Of a DNA stretch of 64,000 nt, positions 53,969 to 64,000 are shown one piece after another (within the stretch, counting starts at the first letter, position 1; every line of letters starts with the position of its first letter). The translations under genes were made by a program, and so were the position numbers. The notes beneath the pieces are model-generated. The model made no database searches. It saw only the letters and a program-made list of their open reading frames with translations, and was not told the DNA's origin. Source of the stretch: Bugula neritina (taxonomy: Eukaryota > Animalia > Bryozoa); assembly GCA_964035545.1 (NCBI GenBank), contig OZ037772.1:5026233-5090232 (forward strand), in the 5' to 3' direction.

Positions 53969-56900
53969 ATGTGTGTGTGTTTGTGTGCAAGTGTGTGCAA
54001 GTGTATGCAAGTGTGTGCAAGTGTATGCGAGTGTGTGCAAGTACATACGAGTGTGTGCAAGTGTGCGAGTGTATGCGAGTGTGTTCAGGTGTAGGCAAGT
54101 GTGTGTGTGTGTATGTGTGTGCATGTGTGTGTGTTTGTGTGTGTGCATGTGTGTGTGTTTGTGTAAGTGTGTGTAAGTGTGTGCAAGTGTATGCGAGTGT
54201 GTGCAAGTTTATGCGAGTGTGTGCAAATGTATGCGAGTGTATGCGAGTGTGTGCAAGTGTATGCAAGTGTGTGCAAGTGTGCGAGTGTATGCGAGTGTGT
54301 TCAGGTGTAGGCAAGTGTGTGTGTGTATGTGTGTGCATGTGTGTGTGCATGTGTGTGTGCTTGTGTGTGTGTTTGTGTGCAAGTGTGTGCAAGTGTGTGC
54401 AAGTGTGTGCAAGTGTATACGAGTGTGTGCAAGTGTATGCGAGTGTGTGCAAGTGTATGCGAGTGTATGCGAGTGTATGCGAGTGTGTTCAGGTGTAGGC
54501 AAGTGTGTGTGTGTGTATGTGTGTGCATGTGTGTGTGTGTATGTGTGTGTTCATGTGTGTGTGTTTGTGTGTGTGCAAATGTATGCGAGTGTATGCGAGT
54601 GTGTGCAAGTGTATGCAAGTGTGTGCAAGTGTGCGAGTGTATGCGAGTGTGTTCAGGTGTAGGCAAGTGTGTGTGTGTGTATGTGTGTGCATGTGTGTGT
54701 GTATGTGTGTGTTCATGTGTGTGTGTTTGTGTGTGTGCATGTGTGTGTGTTTGTGTGCAAGTGTGTGCAAGTGTGTGCAAGTGTATGCGAGTGTGTGCGA
54801 GTGTATGCGAGTGTGTTCAGGTGTAGGCAAGTGTGTGTGTGTATGTGTGTGCATGTGTGTGTGCATGTGTGTGTGCTTGTGTGTGTGTTTGTGTGCAAGT
54901 GTGTGCAAGTGTGTGCAAGTGTATGCGAGTGTGTGCAAGTGTATGCGAGTGTGTGCAAGTGTATGCGAGTGTATGCGAGTGTGTTCAGGTGTAGGCAAGT
55001 GTGTGTATGTGTGTGTGTGTGTTTGTGTGCAAGTGTGTGCAAGTGTATGCAAGTGTGTGTGTGTGCGTGTGCGTGTGCGTGTGCGTGTGTGACATGAGGA
55101 ATTGCTTATAAAGTTATCAAAGGATGTGGCAGCAATTTGAAATGTTGAATTTATACATGCATTAGTTTTTTCATATTGAATTTTCGAAATTAGTGTTTTA
55201 GTATGTGTGGACATTAAGATATGTAGATATTTAGTTCTGCATACCCAACAGCTGAGCATCTTCTAATGTTTGTAGAAAGACAAATAGGATCAACTTGTTT
55301 GGAGTATTTCAAGACACATCCTGAAATTAAAGATGGAACATGCGTGCCTTTCCTTTCTATAGACTCGTCATATGAAGTTCCCGTAAACTGTATAAAGGAA
55401 GATGGCAAAGTCTGGACTAAGGTGACTACAAATTTATAAACCTTATAAATAAAAATATTATACCTGTATCTAGGTCTCTTCATCATAATAATCTTCATCT
55501 TTTAAAATATGTACAGTATTGAAATTGTCACCAACTTTTCTTTGTTAATTAAAGACTGAGTGCATAAAAGGTGGTTCAATATGTTAATAAGATGTTAGAT
55601 TCTCAGAAAAGCTGGGTTAGACAGAAAAGATCTAAAATCTGTTGACAGTATTATACAAACTATAATCTAAAAGTAAAGCAAAGGCGGAATCATAACACTT
55701 GTTTAATATTAGCAAGAGTGAAATGCTTTCTTATATATGATCTCATCAATGATTGTTTTGCAGATTCACGCAGCTGGGGGTCGAGTGTACAGAACCTCAA
55801 GTGAAAGTTGCACAACACAGAGTAAGAGTCAGCAACCAACAGTGATTGATGGGATCACGACTCGCTACTGCAGTGACTCAGTAAATGTCACATACAGCCC
55901 GAGTACTGACGAAGATATATTTGTTATTGTAGAGAGCTTGACACGTTCTAACAAGACAAAATGTCAACAAGTAGTAAGTTATTTAAAACAAAATTCTAAC
56001 CAAAAGTTTGATGCTGTCAAATTTTCAAGCTTTATTGTATTTTACATGTTAATAAGGCTGCAGTGTTTGATAGTAGTCTAAAAAGATTGCATTTCATTAC
56101 GATTTAAACTCACATTGTTCACTGACTGCAAGCTAGTGCATAATTATCACACGGTTTTTTATCGCTAGAGGGTGTTACCAGTACTAATGCATGAGCAAAG
56201 CTCGATGCTTAATTACCAAAAACCAAAATACAGGAAACACTTCTGGCTTTATATTAGCTTAAATTATAAATGAGAGTCCACCATCTTGTATGTCATATGA
56301 GATATGATTATTGTCAGGAAAAGTTAGATGTACTAGATTTACCCAAGTCCACATATTTGGCACTAATTGCACAAATATTATAGTGTGACGTAGGAGAGCA
56401 ACAATACATGTTGATTATACATAACCCCTTGCATTTTTACACAGTAAAGCTTATCATGCACATGCATGTACCATGCAGTTATTTGATGGAAGACCTTTGT
56501 TGCATAAAATAGTGTATAAGTTGAAGTGTATTTTGTAGACAAGAATAGACTGTTTAAAGGGGTCTTCTCACTTCGTACCCATACTGCAACTCAAGTCCCA
56601 TTCGACAGTCTGTGCATATGGAGCAGACAACTCTAAACACTCTACATGTGACTGCTTTGAGGACACTGGTTCTGGCTACTGTAGCTCTGGGTAAATTACA
56701 CCTACTTTAAAAGTACATGCATGTGGTTTCATATAGGACCTGTATAGATCAGGTTATGGAAGTAATGTGTAGCCTCTTGAGCAAACAGGTTTGAATATTT
56801 AGGCAAGTGAAAATAATTTTTGAATACTGTCATTCAAAGCCATTCAGCAATAGTTATTTTGGTAAAGTCCCATGAATAAGTTTAATCTATACATGCAGCA

Positions 56901-57850
56901 ATTATACTAAAGGATTTATCTAAGTCTTATTACTACGTAAAGTTTAATTAGAGAAAGTATGTCTATATGTATTTATATATCAGTTGTAATTTTTAGAATC
57001 CAACAACATAATTAGAAAAATATATTAAATAAATTGCTTCGCAAGTTATTTAATTTGACAATAACATGCTTTTTTTAATCCCTTATCTATACTTGTAAAT
57101 AGTGCATTCTGTATTTACACATATGTAATTTTATAATAATTTTCAACATACAAGAGCAGGGAGCAGCCGTGGTTTAGGGGTTAGAGCATTTGCCTTATAG
57201 TAAACATGAGGTCATGGGTTCGAGCCCAGACAAAAGCTATTAGTGATGTTAGGAAGAGCATCCAGTCATAATTGCTTCTGTGCCTCATTTAAAAAATTCC
57301 TTAGCACGCTTTAACAAAAGCGCTTTCCATCAGGGGTTTCTCACGAAGATAGTGACTATAAATTTTATGAGTTTTATTTTTATTTTTTCAACATACTTAA
57401 TTAAGAGTGCATGCATCTTGTGTTGCAACGCAATTATGATACTAAAGATGAAAGCATCTAGCTGTGTTACCTCTCAAAAGTTACTCTACCAACACTAAGC
57501 ATGTATAGACTTCCACCATTCTGATACCAACACTCTTGCACTACAGTGAGATTAGTGTTATATTGCTTTATAATACTATAAAATGTATTTCATCACAATA
57601 TGAAAGTATCTTGTAAGATGCTGCTATATGTTGCTCTATATATAACTGTCTGTATTTCAGATGTCGATGTGCTGCCAGAGATAGAATGACAGACACTTAT
57701 GACACGGTGACTCAGGTGCTGCACAAGAACATCTTACCATACGTAGCCTCAGTACAAGCAGTTCTACACACCCCGCCCGGTCTGACGGATGAGTTTGGCA
57801 GGCTAAAAATTAGTGTAGGGGACATTGAGTGTAGCACACCACTGATGTGA
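40020..57850 (+). CDS. Predicted type II membrane protein: TM anchor, 9 CCP/sushi domains, C-terminal Caspr-type fibrinogen-like domain
   Basis: Exons 40020-40170 ([28 protein letters not shown]), 40626-40814, 42124-42189, 45542-45712, 47898-48077, 48509-48688, 49095-49274, 49556-49735, 50895-51077, 51617-51796, 52557-52736, 55276-55421, 55764-55973, 56539-56690, 57661-57850 (TGA); CCP exons phase 1/1 with C..P..YxC..GY..C..W....PxC; frame continuous. Confidence 0.85.
42467..42681 (+). mobile_element. tRNA-derived SINE
   Basis: A-box-like gcagccatggtctagg, B-box GGTTCGAACCC, shared core, (GAGT)n tail, flanking repeat gtagaagaaa. Confidence 0.85.
43270..43402 (-). mobile_element. SINE fragment, same family
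   Basis: Reverse complement of the core and B-box of the 42467 copy. Confidence 0.7.
46322..47135. repeat. ~25-bp minisatellite (ttccacttcctgttactatatatag)n, roughly 30 units
   Basis: Direct tandem units with variable TA number. Confidence 0.95.
49878..50576 (-). mobile_element. piggyBac-type MITE, inverted second copy of 4417-5105
   Basis: TTAA flanks 49874-49877 and 50577-50580; full-length reverse-complement match. Confidence 0.9.
52783..55091. repeat. Complex (GT)/(GTGC)/(GTGTGTGCAA) satellite with 1088-bp higher-order duplication
   Basis: Recurring marker gttcaggtgtaggcaa; paired ORFs offset by 1088 (53229/54317, 53417/54505, 53581/54669). Confidence 0.95.
57159..57383 (+). mobile_element. 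tRNA-derived SINE
   Basis: Same family as 42467; B-box GGTTCGAGCCC; flanking repeat ttttcaacatac. Confidence 0.85.
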
Positions 57851-59067
57851 AACTTTTAAGATTTCAGGCTTTCTTATGCATTCTAAAATCTTTCAACAGG
57901 AAGTTATAATAACTCTCGATATATTTAGTCTTTTGTGCAATTGTTATGGAGCATTTCTTTATTGTAATGAAATAATAAAACAGCTTTGCCAAGTAATCTT
58001 TTTGTAAACCAGGTCCTCATAGTTAAAAAAATGCAAAGTAAATATTTCTATTCTCCTCGTGGTAGATTTGACGCTAATTGTGTATTCTACACTAACTTGA
58101 TATATAATTGTGTGTGACAAAATCTAATGCAACTTATATAATATGCTTTTTGATTGTATTTCTGGAGTTCAAACTTTATAATTTTGAACAATGGTATTTT
58201 TATACCTTTAAGACTTTTATGGTATTACCAACACTTTTTTTAAAATCAAAACTTTCATTATATTACGATTGCAATTATTTTATGCCTGCGGCCAATTCGG
58301 ACTGAAGAAAGCTTTTGCAGTATCTTTTGAATTCTAAAGAATTACGTTTACTTATGTGTAGTTTTGATCTGCCATTTATCATATGCATATATTCACTTAT
58401 TAGGCATTCAATCATTTCTTTACTTTCTAATTATAGTGTTTGCATTATACTTTTAAATTACAGGACAAAGATTGGATATTTTGCATAAATATTCTTCTTG
58501 TACCACCTTTAATTTATTAAAATGTTAATTTGTGCACCCTATAAAAACTTTAAATTACGATGTTTAAATCAAAAATGCTACAATTAGTGCTTAAGTGGAC
58601 CATATATACAAATCTGTAGTGATATGAATTAATCAGCTAGGCAACCTGCATGTATATAAGAATAACTTAATAACATGCGGTCAAATAAGTGCCATTTGAA
58701 ATTTCCTACTATAACTGTCACCTCAAGCTAATAACATACGCATGCATGGCTATATATGCATTTGTCACATAAACATGCTTTATAACTTTTAAACTGTATA
58801 TAATTAGAATTTAAGTAGCAGAACCTATATCAAAGTTGTTTAAATTATTTCGATGACCTGGGGCTGTCCCCAGATTTGACTTAAGGTTATAGTCTACTGC
58901 ATGAGTCACCTGAGGCAGTCTGTATATTGCATTTGTAAAACACTTTATTTGTTTATAAAGACATCACGTTGCATATAAGATCCGAAAAAAAGCTTTAGTA
59001 AGTTCTTCTAGAAAATTTGACCATCTTGCAATAACATTATTATATGGATAATACGTAATGCAAGCGT

Positions 59068-59133
59068 TGTGTGTGTGTGTGTGTGTGTGCGTGTGCGTGT
59101 GCGTGTGCGTGTGCGTGTGCATGTGCGTGTGCG
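59068..59133. repeat. (GT)n/(GCGTGT)n microsatellite
   Basis: Direct. Confidence 0.9.
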
Positions 59134-62100
59134 TTATTTAAGTATAAATGTAGCGTATCATAAGTTTAGGCACTTGAGGCTTTAAAAAATTCACTTCAAA
59201 ATATTCAGTTTTGTGAATACCTACTGGAGATGCGCTCAGTTCTATTAACCAGTTTCACAGACGGACATAAATTATGTATAAGGTTAAAAATTATTACCCG
59301 AGATTGGCAAAAGTGAAGATGGAACTAATACTTCTATTTCCATGATAAATAGCTTCTATACTTTTCACACATTCGAAATCTTCTATAATTATAATAACTT
59401 CATACTCCCTATATATATATATATATGTTTATTCGGTTTTGAATTTTTTTGCTATTTTTATATTTCACTTTATATAAGAAATTACAAAAACACTTCTAAT
59501 TTTAGAAAGTAGTTCTATCTCCCAGTTTGTTGCACAAGTGCATTTTATAGCACCTGATGAAGTACCTATAAGTACCTATGCAATATATCCTTGACATGAA
59601 GATAGTCAAACTCAACTAAAAGATCGAAAAGATACAATGTGTATAGAAAGTAACTGTACAGCTAATTACAAACTATGGCAGGTGAGTAGAACTAGATCTA
59701 AAAATTTAAATCACCTGTCCAGCCAGATGACAATTATATTATAGGCAAACTTAGATAGGCTTATATATTGACCTTAGCACTGCCCGCGCACTAAATGACC
59801 TTGTCAACAGCTCATGCTAAATTTGACAAATGGAGGTAATAATAGAACCTTGCACGTGAACTATTTCCTACTGGTAGCTACTGTCAAGTTCGAAAACCTA
59901 TTCATAATGTTTTCCGGCTTATTGACTCTGCAGTGAAGTTAAACTAAGGGTCACTCTTGCATTGTTATACACCTTTTACTTCAACCTTGCTCACACACTT
60001 TTGTAGCATACTTTAATACCTGAGGCCTTCCTTAGGCCTTCAGCTTGGCACACTTAAGTTACCTCTATATAGTTTTATGGTACTTTAAGCACCTAACTCT
60101 AAACAGCAAGGTGTCTTATGCATTATGATTGGAGCTTTTTGTTTTTGTTTCATCTATACACTAATCCAACAAGTAGAAGATATTTACTCTGCAGCTGATT
60201 CACTATTTATTATTCTTTCTAGTGCTATAGAATGCACGTGATAATCTACACAATTCTAGACTTACTTCAGCTGACTGTTATCCTGTATTATGTCATAATG
60301 TTATTTATACAGTTATACTTATATCGCTATTAATTGCTTCCTATTTGGAAATTAGCTCCACGAAAAATTCTTTTAGGAGTTATCTTTTCCTATATTTAAC
60401 ATTTTTCTTATTACCCTAAATTTTACAACATTCAGCAAATGTTCTTTTGAGGTTTAAAACTGAATATAAAACAATTATAATAAAAATCAGATTTCAATTT
60501 TTGGACACAATCAAATTTTATAATTGTGAGCTGGTAAATTTTAAGAGCTATGGGTATGGAACATGAAATTGTGCAAACAGCTATGCCACAAAACATATTG
60601 ATATATTATTATGTTTCTAAATTGAAACACACTTTTAACAATACAACAGGTACATATACACTATAATATGCTTCTATTAATTTGCATTGCAAAATAATTT
60701 TTCCTTTGACTAATGGAAGTACATTAGTTATATCTAGTAAAACTGCAATTATAATAATTTATTTCGAACCACAAACCACAATTAATCCATACTGCAATAA
60801 GCAGTCATAGAAACACAATGATATAAACATTCAGCAAAATAATATTCAAATGTACAGCTTCTACCCTATTCTATTTCATAAAGTGCAATATATTTTGATT
60901 AATAATAAAATTATATATACATATCATATGTCTGCTTATATATAATTGGACATTACTTTATACAATACATGTGTACTATGGCTGTGTAATTAGCAGCCGC
61001 ATAAATTTGAGTGTTGCTGGCCGGCTTGAAAACTAAGAAAATAATAAATCAACTGGTTGCTATTGTTGAGTAGCCATAATTATTGTGGAAATAGCTGTGA
61101 TAATACATAAAAAATTATAATGAATTAGGAAGAGCTTTCTAAGCTCATGTTATATGATGTCCAAACATAATATTCTAAAGAGCATAAAATTGTGGTTACT
61201 TTTTATAATAGGAGTTTTATCAATTTCCTAAAGTGTAATGTTTGTGCAAGTGTTTGAGGCTGCTGGTAAACTTCATTTTTAGACAATATACAATATATTT
61301 TGGTTACTTTGTACTGGAGACAACTTTGTTTCAAAACATCAAATATATTATTTAGAATTTAGATATTTAAAAATCAATCAATATTTAGCTGCCAATAACA
61401 CTAATTTATAATATCATATGCTTTGACTTGAAGTACATGAAATACTATGATTTGATATGTTATGATATATGATATTCTATAATATATATATTTGAGAAAT
61501 AATATTATATATATTACATGACGTCAAATACTCTTTTCATTATATATGGTGCTTTTTCACTCTTGAATATCATATATTAATTAGGATAGATCTATAATGT
61601 TTTGGTATTTTTTTAAAATAATGTGGAATAAGCGGGTAGTTGCAGGTTGTTGATGAAATAAAGTCATGAATGCATTAAGTGATTTATACACATGCAAAAT
61701 AATTTGTAATAGTATATTGTGCATGCATGTATTTCTTTTGCTACACTTTATAGTTCCTATACGAAAAAAGCTGACATTCCTTGGCAAATGCGTTGTGTGT
61801 GCTTATATATAATTTGTTGAAGCTATGTTAGTTATTTGTTTTTTCAAATTTGCTTATTGGAATTTTTTTTTGTACTGGAAAACATAAATTTTAGTGCAAC
61901 ATAATGACGCAATGTAAGCTGTAACCAAGTGCCAAGTGATTTTTAGACGGGACGGAAATTTGTAGCACGGAGTTGTCTTTTAAATGCAAATCGAGCAGTT
62001 TAGTAATTACCAGGAATCCTAGTGATTACGTCCGAGCTCGTTGCGCGCAATGAACTCAATAATATCCAATATCATTCTAGTTCAGTAGCTGCTAACTATA

Positions 62101-62203
62101 AATATGATTACGATATGACTCCGATGTCATTTCGGGTTGTAATTTTGGCTACTCTTTATTGATTAACGGAAGTTGACTGTGAATTGGTTTCACTTTAAAA
62201 GAA

Positions 62204-62263
62204 ATGGAGGACTTAAAGAAGTTGGCTGGAGGTGCCTCTGCCCTTTTTAACCGCGCTGTACAG
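62204..62263 (+). CDS. SH3GLB1: Endophilin B, first coding exon (gene continues beyond window)
   Basis: MEDLKKLAGGASALFNRAVQ|GTAAGA resembles the endophilin B N-terminal amphipathic helix (KKLA..A..F..RAVQ); CpG-richer upstream region with CGGAAGT; B1/B2 cannot be distinguished. Confidence 0.8.
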
Positions 62264-62504
62264 GTAAGACAGTATGCCGTTCAACTTTAAATTTACATTC
62301 AAAATTCTGTAAAATTCATTGCGTTGAAAATAAGCTTTTAGTGTGTTGAGCTAAAGAAAATGCCTGCTGAAATTGAATCAGGCAATGTGAAACGGAATGT
62401 AAAAGTAAAACTAAAAGTAAATCAAAATGAGAAGTAAGTCAACTGTGAAGTTTGACTCATACTGTTGCAGTTAAAATAAGATAAACATAATTTTATCAAA
62501 TTTA

Positions 62505-63107
62505 ATAATAATTTGAAACTAAGATAACTAATTTATATGAGTTTTCATACTAATAATTCATTATACTGCTAGTAGTAATACTAATACTAAGTCCAATAGT
62601 AATAGTAATAGTAATAATCATAATGATAATACTAATACTAATAGCAATTATTGAATTAAGCTTAAACTTAAAGCATTGAATTTGATTATAAAATAGTAAA
62701 TTTATTTCTAGAAACTGATAGTGATCATCAGAATCTGTAATGCTAAGAGTAGGTGCATTGTACATTTTTTTCAATTTTAAATTGCTGTAGTCTGTGGAGT
62801 GTAGAGTGTAGGTAGATCGTCACAGTTAGTGTTACCATTATGATTAACTTAATTATTGTGATTATCTATTAGTGATTGGGATAATCATAATGACAGTCTT
62901 AACTTGCCGTATGTAATAAAATAAATTAACACCGAATAATAGTATCATTGTACATGTAATATTTGTAATGAACAGAATCATCATGACTATCACAGTTATC
63001 ACTTAGAGTGCTATTATCATTATGATTGTTACTATTAGTATTAGCAGTATAATGAATTATTAGTGTGAAAACTCATATAAATTAGTTATCTAAGTTTCAA
63101 ATTATTA
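62505..63107. mobile_element. AT-rich foldback/MITE-like element
   Basis: ~75-bp terminal inverted repeat ataataatttgaaactaagataactaatttatatgagttttca...; no clear target duplication. Confidence 0.6.
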
Positions 63108-64000
63108 TATTAGTTATTTAGTAATTAGGTTGTAGTTGCTGCGATAACCCATAAAGATAATGTAAATCAAAATGTAAGCCTGTGGGCTATGGGTAATGTA
63201 GCATTTCAGAAACTTTTGAGATGAAGTTTACTCCTGATGTATTCACTTTATTATTTGAAACACCAACAGCTGTACATCACCAGTAAACTTCTCTCAAAAG
63301 TCTCTGAAATGCTACAGGCAATTTAATAATAAAAACTGTTATTTATTCTCAAAATTCATTTGGATTGATCTGTATATCAAAGTGATAATTTTATTCTGGC
63401 TTCACTAAGCTTTTCTAAATTAAGCTTAAGACTTGAAACTAGTTTAACTTATATTGTTAACTGCTGACTGCTGGTAAGGAAGTTTACTCCAAATGTAGTG
63501 TTCCGATTGAATTTATTTCAAAATTATTAAAATACTATCACTGTGACTGGTTAAGGGCAATTTTGTCATTGTAATACTAGGTATTGCTTTTTTGTAGGAT
63601 TCTCAGTTATACTAATCAATTTGAATTCAATTTTTCTGCATTGACCATTTTTATTCTTTAGTTAGTAAGTTTGTCAACTTCAATTATCTTAGATATCAGC
63701 TTGTTGCTGTTTACAACAGATAGCTGTACCAGTTGTGAGGACAACTTCAAATCAACATAATCATTCTGTTCCAAGTGACACTATTTTATATGTCACAGTC
63801 TGTACTGCTGATCTGCTAAAGAGTGGATTTGTTTAATAGTAACAATTTAATAATCTATGTATAGTCATTATGATTTCAGTTACTCTCTCAATCCGTAAGT
63901 TTATCTGTTTGGTAATGATGATAGGCAAGCTGTCAGTACTTGTTTAGTAATGACTGGTGCAGGCTGGCAGTAATACTAGTATTCTTAATTTTATTTGCCT

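Noticed and set aside
52687-55259. Many long His/Thr- or Cys/Val-rich ORFs on both strands
   Set aside because: Translations of the GT satellite within an intron
59551-59585. CTGATGA as another hammerhead core
   Set aside because: No stem II followed by GAAA

Overview
AT-rich, intron-containing animal (probably invertebrate) genomic DNA; all gene models were read by eye from GT-AG splice sites and frame continuity. (1) 1-17.6 kb: the 3' part of a + strand gene for an LRR-Roc-COR (ROCO GTPase) protein fused in frame to a C-terminal caspase domain. Its LRR region is a tandem array of at least 8 near-identical 141-nt phase-2/2 exons with variation concentrated at predicted ligand-facing positions, mosaic introns and one frameshifted exon. 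This is the best candidate for an undescribed system: a single-chain, diversifying sensor-switch-protease. (2) 21.7-38.2 kb: a tandem duplication carrying two intronless divergent class A-like 7TM receptor ORFs (- strand), with Penelope-like retroelements in (TA)n tracts. Seven hammerhead ribozyme motifs occur between 26.4 and 39.4 kb. (3) 40.0-57.9 kb: a 15-exon + strand gene for a predicted type II membrane protein with 9 CCP/sushi domains and a C-terminal Caspr-type fibrinogen-like domain. (4) 62.2 kb: first coding exon of endophilin B. Also present: a decayed RTE LINE, piggyBac- and Harbinger-type MITEs, a 102-bp Polinton-like mini element, a tRNA-derived SINE family and satellites.
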